Source: Raillietiella orientalis (lineage: Eukaryota). From it: a stretch of 64,000 nt of DNA. The translations under genes were made by a program, and so were the position numbers. Numbering within the stretch: position 1 is the stretch's first letter; every line of letters begins with the position of its first letter. Below are positions 51,730 through 62,815 of this stretch, one piece after another. The stretch spans positions 3,348,001-3,412,000 of the forward strand of contig JAYWIR010000015.1 in assembly GCA_036172245.1 (NCBI GenBank), read 5' to 3'. Below the pieces are notes generated by a model. It did no database searches and was not told the origin of the DNA. It saw nothing but the letters and a program-made list of their open reading frames with translations.

Positions 51730-52540
51730 TGTAGTTTCCAGCCATCCTCAAAATGCAAGTGGACTGACTGATCATGCATCTCAATCATTCTCCTGCGTTT
51801 GAAGTAGAATTCGGAAAGAGCTTTCTGTAATGAGAGTATATGGTGTATTTTTTTTTTTTTTTCCATTTCTTCCCTTGACCGAGCTTCCCTTGACCATTCG
51901 GAATTCGCAGCCTCCGACTCCTTCCCACCTGGAACGGCATGATGCATGCCGATGATGCACCGTGCGTCTCGGATGATGCTGAGTCTCGGAAGTTTTGCAT
52001 CACCAAAGGCTCGCGGGCTCGAAATCCTCGCGTGCACGCATTCCAGCACAGAAGCACACACGTTGATAGGAAGTAGCAAAGGCATCATCACTTGTTTCAT
52101 TATTTTGTGAGTCTTTCGCAGAGAGAACGTTCGTGCGTACTGTCTCCCTCCTTCCTTCCATTTAGCGTGTGGTCTTCATCGAAAAGCCTTAGAATCCCAG
52201 GAATAAAGGAAGGCTGCTCCACGTTCGAGTTCTCGCAAGCAGCCCTGTTGAGAAGAGCAAAAGATGGCTGCTTTCTCTCGCTCTTCACTGATGCCTGGAC
52301 GTTCTCAGATAAGAGTATTCACTCCACAAGGAGACAGACCCTCTAGTGGTGACCTTGCTTGCAAGCATCTCTTCCAGTCCACTCTCGGCAGATAGAGGAA
52401 AAGGGCATCTCGTAGAACGAAAATAACCCTCGCCGGATTTCAAACTGAACTGAAAGGGGCGGTAGCAGTGACTTTGAGTTTTGCAAGACTTTGGAGAAAT
52501 CAGGAAGGCTTCCTTTCCTTTATGCACTTCAGGATGTATA
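51730..52540 (-). pseudogene. Decayed PPR fragments ending in a probable DYW-domain C-terminus
   Basis: HPEVHKGKEAF and GEGYFRS (L2-like); VHARISS (L-like); KALSEFYFKRRRMIEMHDQSVHLHFEDG (51824-51741), resembling K.IS++..R.I+VRD..RFHHF.DG. Confidence 0.5.
52057..52178 (+). repeat. 122-bp dispersed direct repeat, copy 1
   Basis: Aligns without gaps to 59076-59197 with 6 mismatches; 52082-52164 is identical. Confidence 0.95.
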
Positions 52541-53929
52541 ACAAAGCATACACACGTATTTACTTGCAGAAATATTATACTTACACACATGTGTATGTAT
52601 GTAAGTTTCAGTCTATTCTTGATATAAGATAATGCTCGTAGGCATATGTATGCGTGTTAACATGCGTGATTGCATTACAAACACCATATTCATGTGTGCA
52701 CATCCTCTCTTGATCGAAAGACGAAATTTCACTTGATTTGCATAAATTTGAGATGTGGTGATGAAAAGGCATCTTGTGCGTGATCTGGAGGCCACGGCAA
52801 CTAATGTACCCTGCACAGAGTGCAACCCTATGAACCCATTTTGTAAAGACGCAAATTCGCCTATTCACCAATGCAGAGGAATGGAGTTGTTTCAAACAGT
52901 ACGAGAAAGGAATTCCACTGCTTATCGCGGATGGGAGCGCAGCTGCTAGATGGAAGAGCATCAGATGGCTTCCTGAAATAGGCAGACTCCAGATCTAGGA
53001 AAGACGAAGTTTCCTTTTGAATCTTCCTCTCTTAGGGTCATGATTTCCGCTTCGAAGAGCCCAGGTCGCTGTGGGAAGAGAGCGTGGTGCTCTGAAGATC
53101 TCGTGGATAGTCAGCAGATTTCTTCGCCCTTCTTCAGCTCTCAGTGTTTTTCCTAATTGGACCTATTTGTGCTTGTGCTTCACTCGTATTGGTTTAGGAG
53201 TGACAACACGTTTCTTCCATCACTGGCACCTCGGGTACATTTCTTGAAATGGCATCTCTTGAACATGGCAAAGTGTGTCTGTAGACGACGTAGAACCACG
53301 AAACGTTCCAGGATGCTTTCAAAAAAAAAAAAAAAACACTGATGTGTTGATGACAAAATATAGATGCAGTTTCGGAATCCCATTCCCTCCTGAATGCTGA
53401 TGTGAACTGTGGATTCGAAGGGAGTGTGGACTAGCGGGCAAATTTCTTGTAACAGAAAACCCACTTCCCCTGTACTTGCAACATAGAGGGAGGTTATCGG
53501 CCACTCTAAACGGTGGTCTTTGGGAAAATTGTTTCAGTTGGTGCTGACCACTGTCGTAATTGAAAACCACTACTGTACTTGAGCAACCATACGTCAAATT
53601 TGTGCTAGTCTTAACGTCAAGATTTGTATACGATCTTCTGACTTCATACAGCTGACTTTGCAAAATCGACAGGGAATGTGAGCTTTGATCCTGATGTCGA
53701 TTTCAAAGATCATGCTGCAATGTGCCACTGTAATGGAAAGTTTCTGGAGGAGGTGAATTTTTCAGATGCACATTCACTTTATGCAAACCGATTGCGGGGA
53801 AGATGGGAGGTAGATGAAAGAGAAGTGTAGCAGTGCCTTTGCGGTGACTCCAAGCCTTAGACGATGTTGTGCATGGGTTTCCATGGCAATTCGTTAGGTT
53901 TTTGTCTCTTCATAGGCGCAAGAATGCAC

Positions 53930-54620
53930 CGAAAACAGGAAGAGGCAGGTTGATTGCAGCCTTGAGGATAGTTGAGGTGAGGTTTGTACTTTCCAGTTTG
54001 GAAACCACCTTGGCACTCGTTCCTAATCAAATTCCATGCTTGGGTCATCCGAGAATACACAGGGAGGCTCTTGTTAAGCATCAACAGACACTGCATCCCG
54101 CCAGTTTTGATCTCACTCACCTTCAGTAGCATTCACTGAAATGTCTTCCGGCATTCTCCCGGGGAATCAGGCAAGGAGTAAAGAGTAGCACTGTGCAAAA
54201 ATTGTTCTCAAGAGGTGCAGCTGGGAACATGTGGAAAGAACTTGACCAATTTGCTCTGTCTGCTCGGACAGATGCGCGCTCGAACCACGCAGAAACAAAC
54301 AAGAACCTTGACCGACCCATCTGACCTAAGGAACAACTCTTTTTGTTACCGAGAAAATGCCGTTGAGACGAACAATCCTGAAAAATGTTCCTTTCAGCGT
54401 GACTCGCATCAGATCTTCACATCTTAGCAAGGTGGTTGAGGCTGGAGTCATCAATAATGAGCATGGGCATGGCGTGCTCACTGTCATCAGGAATGTGAGA
54501 GAGGGTGAGCGAGATAGTTCTTCGGCTACAGAGTGAATGGGATGGCTTCCATGCAGCATACTTATGAGTGCATCAAAGCAATGGGAAGGGACGTGCAGGT
54601 GGAAGTATCGGAAGGTCCAA
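53930..54620 (+). pseudogene. Decayed PPR S2/E fragments
   Basis: GRLIAALRIVE; HREAL; AAGNMWKELDQF; QHTYECIKAMGRDVQVEVSE (54554-54613, like H.Y.C++D.LGR.G.+E.AE). Confidence 0.5.
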
Positions 54621-56484
54621 GCGCCGAGAGCAGACTCTGTGAAGAGGAGAACTTTGAGAACCGCTTTCATCTTTTCGAAAGTGCTGTTGAGCTGACCTGT
54701 GCTCACTTCATCCCTTGGGTCCTGTCAAGCGGTCTCCCACGTTATTCTAATTGCAGCATCTTAGCTGCCAGGGAAGTTTTAGATTTCCTCTTGAGTAAAT
54801 CCAACTTTGGTTACTCGTAAAGATACGAAATTAACGATGCAGGGAAGAATTTCGTCCTCCTTGCTCTTCCTTTCCTGAGCTTTCCTCTCAGGAGGTTTAC
54901 GAATTTTCTTCCACCTTCGCTTTAAGTGAATTCGAGAAGAATTTCTTCGGAATCACAGAATTTTGCGCAGGATCATTTCACAAAGGTCCTTTGCTTCAAA
55001 GGGCAGTTCCGAAAAGGTTCCAAGCAAAATCTCCAGATCCGAATTTCTGGAAAATTTAGGATGCTGGAAATGCCCTCTTCTGAAAACGCCCTCTGCCGAT
55101 CCGCTCTCCTTGCGAAATTTCTCGAAAATTTCCATCATCCGAAGGCATTGTTTTCGCCAAAGAAATCGTAAGTTATTCCTCTATCTGCATCTGCGTCCCT
55201 CTCCTAGGAAACTTATCTGCATGCTCCCGGTTGCCGAGTACATGACCCAACTCCCTAGGAGAGTTCCCAACGGTTTGCCGATAACCGTTATACGACAGCT
55301 CGCGCTCGACTGATTTGCAAAACAGTCAGTTCGCCTGAACGCCTCCGTTAGCCGTCCCTCATTTCTTCCGATTTCAGATCCAGGTCCTCTACTGGATCTC
55401 CTCTCATTGGGGCTTATTTATTCCTTTACTTTACCTTATTAGCTTATTTATTTTCGTTTTTTCTAAGCGATTTACCGGGAAAAGCTCTAATCGATTAAGG
55501 GACCACGGTAATGAGAGAAACCTGGAAATTCCGAGAAGGACTCTGGAGAACGAACTGCATCTTAAGTATGGCAGCCAACTTTCGGGACTGGGTATCTGGT
55601 TGAAGATAAATGAAGCATCGAATAGGTAGACCGGCAAGATCAAGAATGACAGTCCCTCGGGCAGAGATTTCTGGATGGGCGAGACATCTGGCGAGGAAGC
55701 AACGAACGACGAGCAGACGAGAAAGAGAACGGTGCTGCGAAGACGAGACGTCGGACGAGTGAAAGGCGTGAAGGGCAGACTTCGCGAAGAGCAGCACGGA
55801 GGCATCAGTGAAGTTTTCAGCGGCGATGAGTCCTCGTGAAGCACGCAGAACGTTCCAGCATTTCATCAAGGAATCAGTGAAAACGCTTCCTTTCTTTGCA
55901 CGAGGAGAGCCGTCTATGTATGAAAGAGGAGTGAGTGAAAGTGGGAGCGAGCTCGTGGCGCAGGACCGAAAAAGATGAGTACCAGCTGATCGGCAGTCTA
56001 CGAAAACTCAGCGAAAGCGAGACCATAAAAAAAAAATTTTTTCCTTCGAAAGCACATCTTTTGGAGAGGATTTTCACCTTCCCGAATAGCGAGTGAGGGC
56101 ATCTTCCCAAATGGAAGATTTTCTCGAGTGTTTCCCGCTTGCCCCGCGCCTCCAGGAAGGCAGAAACTGTTTATTCCAGAGCCCAGAAGCGATTACTTGG
56201 TGGGGTCCCTGCGCACAGGCATGAGTCCGTGCAAAGCCTTAATTCTTCCTGTCTTCGACCGAGGAATCATCGGCTGGGTGTTTGTACGCTCATCCGCATG
56301 CGATGAGGAGCCCAGCCCATCGTCACGCTCAAGCATTCTCTGCTCCACTGCTGCAAAAACACCGCATATTTACGGCAAAGTGGTAAAGAATGTTTGCCAA
56401 GCATCCTCGAGATTTATCAGCCGCTTGTCTTTGAACGATGATTTCATGAGCCCAATTCATAAATTTCCACAGTCAGGTTAAGGA

Positions 56485-56508
56485 TTTTTTTTTTTTTTTT
56501 TTTTTTTT
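56485..56508. repeat. T24 homopolymer, the longest of many mononucleotide runs
   Basis: Visible directly in the sequence. Confidence 0.95.
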
Positions 56509-59075
56509 CGCCTTCGCTCTTTGTTGATTGAATGTGACCAAAGCAGAATTAATTTTTCCCGAAGGAATGTTTACTGCTTCCTGATGCATTCCAGCTTCCT
56601 CTCTGATGTTTTCGATCGTTCATCTACGGAGCCTCAAAGGACTGACATCCTTAAATTGCGAATAGCTGCAGCTAATTGAACTCTATTCGCTTCCCAGAGC
56701 ATTTTTCTTAGCGAGGAGGTTCCTCAAGATTCAGGGAAACCTTATCCCACGCATGCCTCGACGTTACCACTTGAACAGCTGCTCCGTTCCTGTGGACTGT
56801 TCCCGCTGCATTCCATCCACCGCATGCAGGTAGAGTGACTGCCTTTGCCTCCTGGAACCACCAGAGTGCGCCTGCATTGCGGAAGTCCAAGTGCATGCGA
56901 TCGTGTTCTTGGTGTGTTTGACTTCCGCTGCAGCGTGCTGGCACACCTCTTAGCAGCACGCTTCGTCTGTTTGCCTTCTAATCTCGCGAGGCGCCCTCGC
57001 ATAGCTCTCTAAGAAGAAAAACTTTCATGTTCTACCTCCCATCCGTTTCCGACTGTCACACAACGTACTGACCCTTTTCTCCTGAGGAAGCCATCTGAAG
57101 AATTCCTACCACTTTTTCCGTTTTCCTTTTCACAGAAAGGCGAAGAGAGCTCTGAACTCGGCATGTCTGAATCTTCGAGGTCCATTCCTCATCCTCATGA
57201 GCATCGGGACACCTGGCTGGTTTCATTTCATTCAGCTGTAACTTTTTTCATGGCTTGCTTTTACCTCTTCCGTTCTCTTCAGCAGCGCTTCCCTCGGTCA
57301 CGGAGCTTTCTTCGGGGCAGCGGTAGATACCTGGCCTGTTTTCAGTTGATTTGGAGGATTTTCAGCAATAACTTAAGGATTATACTCTTCTCTCTGGATT
57401 AAGCGTCCACGAGGCTGTCATGAGAGAACGATTTGATGTAGCAGGAAGCACTGACATCGCTTTTACTGGCTTGCATCAAATGAAGGGGGTGGTGGTGCGA
57501 CTTTGCTCAGAGATCTCAAGAGAATGAAAACGATGCTAGAAGCATGAAAACTCAAGGGCACTGCAAACCATTTCGTCTTCAGTAGTTTTTGAGACAGCAG
57601 GAGCGGGATTGCTGTGTCTCCAACACTTTGGGGACAGTTTTTCTAGGCGAAAATGGAAGTGACGCAGCACCTGGGTCGCTGAACTGAGACGTGTGACAAA
57701 ATCTGTTTGCGTTTGCTGCTCGAGACGGGACTCAGAAAGCGGAATAACAACCACAACAGGTTCTTGGTTCTCTTATTAGGGAGGACGTGAAGTCTGAAAA
57801 CAATCTGAAAGTCGAGAAAAAGCAGCTGCTGAGGAATTGGGACTTTCGACCACCAGATTTATAGATCCAAACGTCAGAGAAGGTGCCACCTACTGGCCAT
57901 GGAAGAAGCAGAAACTCTTGAAACATGAGAGCTCGCCAGTGCTAATTTTTTTCGAGGTCAGCACACTGATGTTTAACTACGCCTGCTATTACCTGGCCTC
58001 TGGTTATTTGGAATAAAATGCACGAGTTGATGCTTTAGACAGAGTGAGAGGAGGGGATAAGGTAAGATCGGGAACAATAAACAAGATCTGCCCACTTTTT
58101 ATTTTATTTTTCTGGATTTATGAAAACTCTCGGAGTGGTCAGAAAGCATGTCCAAGTTTTTTGTTTGCTCTGGTCAAGATTTTGAACTCAAACTTCATTC
58201 TCTTTCTGGGAAACCTTTCTTCATTTAGATCGTTCATGATGAACATCATCCATGATCTCATGCCTGCTCCAGTGATGAGTGGAGACCAATGCAGTTCCCT
58301 TGTTTTGTCATTTACTTTTGCATGGAAACTACCGAAATTCACTCCAGTAGCATGGTGGAGGATTTTTCGACCAAGAGACTTCATCTGCCTCAAGCTTCCT
58401 CGTCAGATCATTCCGACCAACTCAGTCGAATTCATGTGCATGGCAATTCTTGGTTTGCCGGTATATCTGGTCATTTTGCAGCTCTTCTCTCACCATTTTG
58501 ATGAGTAGGTGCAATCCCCTGACTCCATGATTCCTTCTTGAATTATTATCTGCTCCATCAACATGAAAAGTTCGATCTTTTCCTTTGAACGTCTCCAAGA
58601 ATTGATGGAGATCTCAATCAGTGGATGCCTTCTCTTGTTATGGAGTGGAATTGTAGGTTGCTTAATACAGTCCATGTGTACTCCTATTCTATTAGCAAAG
58701 CCCCATAATCTGTCCCAAATGAGGCCATGTTTCATTTTATCTGAGAACACAGAATATTCCTACAAGCCTCACATCTGCAAATTCATGAGCCCATGGAAAG
58801 CTCCAAGGGAATTTTTTCTCTTGGTATCTTTGGACAGTTCCTTTGTGCTGGATTAAAAGGTTTAAGGAATAATGGTATAATAGTTCCTTGAAATCTCTGA
58901 GTACTGTTTTTTCCTGTAAAGAAAATCAACGGGCTTTTCGCAGGCAGTTTCAATCATCGAGTTCCTGAGGACTCCTCGGCGCTGATTGAAACGTTTCCGG
59001 CTTCGAATGCGTCATTTATGGCGTTCTGAAAGCTGCAAAAAGTCTGCACTCCAAGGTGCTGCTGCATCCCATCAT

Positions 59076-59197
59076 CACACGCTGATAGCAGGTAGCAAAA
59101 GCATCATCACTTGTTTCATTATTTTGTGAGTCTTTCGCAGAGAGAACGTTCGTGCGTACTGTCTCCCTCCTTCCTTCCATTTATCGTGTAGTCTTCA
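59076..59197 (+). repeat. 122-bp dispersed direct repeat, copy 2
   Basis: Aligns without gaps to 52057-52178 (offset 7,019 bp) at about 95% identity. Confidence 0.95.
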
Positions 59198-59569
59198 CGC
59201 GGATTTGAGTCTGCAGGGCTCGAAACCCAGCTTCACCACTTCTCTCTGCATTTCATCCTTCTCTTTGGCTGTTCAGACGCTTTTGGAAAAACTTGAAATC
59301 CTCCTCTGGATCTATTTTATTTTGTTTTTTTTTTCGGAATTTTCTAGAGATCCTCCTCTACCTACGAACTTCACTTTCTTTTGTGCGGCAGCGTTCGACT
59401 CATCTTGAGATTTTGGCCAAACTGCCCTGAGCGGGAGCATTCCACGTCACATCTTTCAGCGTTCATTTGAACTGATGGCTTTTGTAACTGGAGCTCCATC
59501 TACTTATCCACATGACGATATCTCCGGTAGGATATCTGCCTCTGATCCAGGTTTTTATTTCCTTCCATT

Positions 59570-60530
59570 TCCACCTTCGTCTTCAGAACGAATTTGGCTC
59601 CATTCCCCGCATCTTCAGGAAATTTAGATTGAGATTCATCTGTTGTAAGCTTTGGCTGCTTAACAACTTTATCTTTGCATTGATGGACATTCCTTGTTTC
59701 CTCTTATCGATGCATTTGGCCGGATATTCTCTCGTCAACAGCTACAAATCTGTTTATCAATCTACCTTGCACCATCCAGCTAAGCGAGAAATCAGTGCAT
59801 CGCTCCAGAGAGGGGAACTCGGGAGATATTGAGGTGTCCGAAACGACCAGTTGGAGTTCAGTCCTGTTCGTCCAGAAGAGATTGCAAGAAGATTCTCGAG
59901 GGAAGCTGACATTATGAGCGACCTCTGAGGAGGAAATGATGAAAGCATTTAGACGGAAATGGACGAGAGGTATCCCCCGGAAACATCCTGGAATTTCCTC
60001 CTTGCGTGCGCATCTTTGGTTTTTGTGGCACGAGAGACTTCACCCTCTTTGCGGAACAAGAAGTGTTGATCCGCAATTCTGAGCAGCATCACTCTTAAAT
60101 CAGGATGAATGGAACGGGCATTACCGTTAAACAAACCGAATCCTTGTCTTGTTCAAATAGGGCATGGACTTGCCGGAACCCATTGTGCATCCATGGAAAC
60201 GACTGCGCTGCGCGAGAAAGTCTCACGTCCGCCGTGAGATGCCGACGAGAAACGGCGGCGGATCTTTCTCAGCTCGAGAATAGGAAGAGAGCGGATCCGA
60301 AGTGGCGATCCTGTCGTGCATTCTATGTGCATTGGATCTTCCTGTCCCTCGATCTTCCTGACCTCTCCACATCCTCAAAATACTTCATGCGAGTGATTGC
60401 GCGCGTTCTCGAGTCCTTTCGGGATGCTCCCGTTCCATCCTTGCTTGCTGCGCACGTGCTGAGCGCGAGATCAGGATGAGACAATTCCAGCCGAAAGCCA
60501 CGCACGATGACACGTGGATCTCGAAGCGCC
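59570..60530 (-). pseudogene. Decayed PPR fragments
   Basis: EIH / VIVRGF, ALSTCAAS, RMHDRIATS, ENIRPNA and FLKMRGMEPNSF in shifting minus frames. Confidence 0.45.
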
Positions 60531-61879
60531 GGACCCCTCGGTCACGGCCTCCCTTAGCATGCCTTCCTTCCAGATCCCTGAAATTTGTCCACTGAGATGA
60601 AAGCCTCGTCCTCTTTCCGCTGCCTCATGATGGCGTCGCCCGCGCCTGTCCTCGAGCGTCTTCTCTGTGCAGTTCCTGACTGCAACCTCATCTTACTGAT
60701 GCTTGCAGCAGCTGTCGAGGGGGCTCGCTCGTCTGTTGGGAAGGAAACTCAGCCTACTCTTTGAATTTACCGCTTTCGCAGCTGCGCTCATCCTTTGTCA
60801 CACCCTGCAATCCATCCGGATGGTGATCCATGGGTAACCAATCTTCGTGGCAAAAGTCTCCTCGGTTTCCGTCGGTGCTTTGTTTGTGCTGCACGAATCT
60901 TCTTCCAGAGAAACTCACATCTTACACAATCCTCTGGGTTCCAGCAAAGCACTGAGTTTCTTGGATCTTCTCCTTTCGTTTCCGAGGGTCAACCGAGACG
61001 ATTTGAACTTTTCATCTCCAGTTCGCCCAACTATTTCAAACATTTCCTAACCCTCTGGCAGGTGCCGTAGTCAGCAGTGGGATATATGATGTGGAAGGCT
61101 GATCCATCCACGTGATCTGGGGGAGTTCCAAGAGCCTCTACTAAATCTCTTTCAAACGTCTTCCTTTTTTGTTTTTTTGTTTTTTTCACGAGATGAAAAA
61201 ATCATCGAGCTCAGAGCTAAAGCTTTTCTTCAGCATATTTCCGCTGGGGTTCCACGGACAGATGGTCCAGACGCTGTTTGGGTCAGACTCCTGCTTTCTT
61301 CATCCAAAGCTCCTCCAGCTTCACAGCTTCTGCTGCGACCTGATGAATCCTCGTAGATCATGCTGACGGTTGTGCTCACGTGCCTCCGGTTCGCTCTCGG
61401 AACGTCAGTGTTGATCCCATCCTTCCTGCCCTCGAAGGGGCTGCAAACCCACGCCACGCCAGCACAAACGCCAGGGCAACTCGGGATCCACAGGCCACGT
61501 ATCGTTTCCAGCCAGAGATGCGATTTAATTTATGTGCCGCTCATTACCTTCGAAGTTCCCCGTTGATGAGGTTTGCCAGAAAGTGTGCTGCGTTCAAGTT
61601 TCAATCATCGTAAATAGGGACGCGTGACCTTTGTGTGGCTCACACGTCCGAACCTCAAACGAAACGCATCTCGTTGCCGAAACCTCGCGTGGACACTCCG
61701 TTTTCCCATACGTCCAAATTGCATTCCCTGTATGTGCACAGCGCATTCTTTGATCTCCCAGCCATTCATCTCGAATTCTGAAAACCTGGAATCACGTAGG
61801 GAAACAGCAAAAAAAAAAAAAAATTTTGAATTCATTTGCTCGCGTCGAAGTCGATTTTCCTCCCCCCTTGCATGTTTTC

Positions 61880-61930
61880 GCTGCTGTGGCTGCTGTTGCT
61901 GTTGCTCGGTTGCTGTTGTTGTTGTTGTTG
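61880..61930. repeat. Imperfect (GCT/GTT)n trinucleotide microsatellite
   Basis: gctgctgtggctgctgttgctgttgctcggttgctgttgttgttgttgttg. Confidence 0.9.
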
Positions 61931-62339
61931 TGCCCCGGTTAGCTCCTCGTATGCCTCTGGGTGGTTTGCCCCCTTGGAAATAAAATGCTCATTCGGCAAG
62001 CTTGCTGAGTGATGTTTTCTCAACGTTGCCACGAGAACCGGAGGTCACGCGGGTACACCCTATTTGTTTGTTTAGCCCATTCATCCTGGATTTCCCCAAA
62101 TATGCGAGCATGTTCCGTGTGGCCCGACAAGAGCTGGTGGCACATCATAGAAACATTAGAAGAGATGCATTCGAAGATCGAAATGATCCTCAAACAAGGA
62201 GACCGCGGTGACTCGAGGAAGCTCGTAATAGCTGCATCCCTGACACTGGCTTCACCCAGATTCGATAGCGTGGGAATTTTCAAACGAAAGCGCATTTACG
62301 GTCATTGGTAAAAAAAAAACAGGAAGGAGAAGGAACAGC

Positions 62340-62430
62340 GCATGCTGACAAGGGTGCTGAGACTCCAGGGTCTGAGATCCCGATGTAGAGTCCCAACGCA
62401 TCAGACAGTAATCCATGATGAAGTATCTGC
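62340..62430 (-). pseudogene. Decayed PPR L2 motif
   Basis: LHHGLLSDALGLYIGISDPGVSAP (62423-62352) resembles CSH.GL+.DA..YF..M..DHGV.P. Confidence 0.55.
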
Positions 62431-62679
62431 TGCATCTTTCCTCCTTTTTCGCATCGTGACATACCGGCTCTTTAAGCCTGACGGGTCAGGATCTCAAGGG
62501 CATGTGGGAAGACAGGGCACTGCAATCCCTAAGAAAAGCAGCCTCCCAGCTGCGTCTGCACGCAAGGGAAGCTTCTCCAAGTAGGGAGCGAAGGCAGAGA
62601 AGTTGCAGGGGTCCATGAAGGAAAATTCGAGCTCTCTGCTAGATGACACCGACAGGAGCAATCTGCAAAGTCATCCCAT

Positions 62680-62815
62680 TCAGGGCATCCTGGATGAGCA
62701 TCCAATCAGATCAAGGGCACAAGGAGGCTTTGTTAGAACGTCCGAGGAGGATTTCCTCTGCATCACTGGTGACGGCGTATGCAAGTGTTCCGGTCACAGA
62801 TGAGGCACCTGCACA
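62680..62815 (+). pseudogene. Decayed PPR P/S fragment
   Basis: SWMSIQSDQGHKEALL and ASLVTAYASVPVTDEA resemble SW.S+I..Y...GH.KEAL and SLV.MYA.CG..DEA. Confidence 0.5.

Noticed and set aside
52855..52895. YSPMQRNGVV resembling the copia integrase TPQQNGVAER motif
   Set aside because: An isolated short match with no other integrase, RT or RNase H motif nearby.
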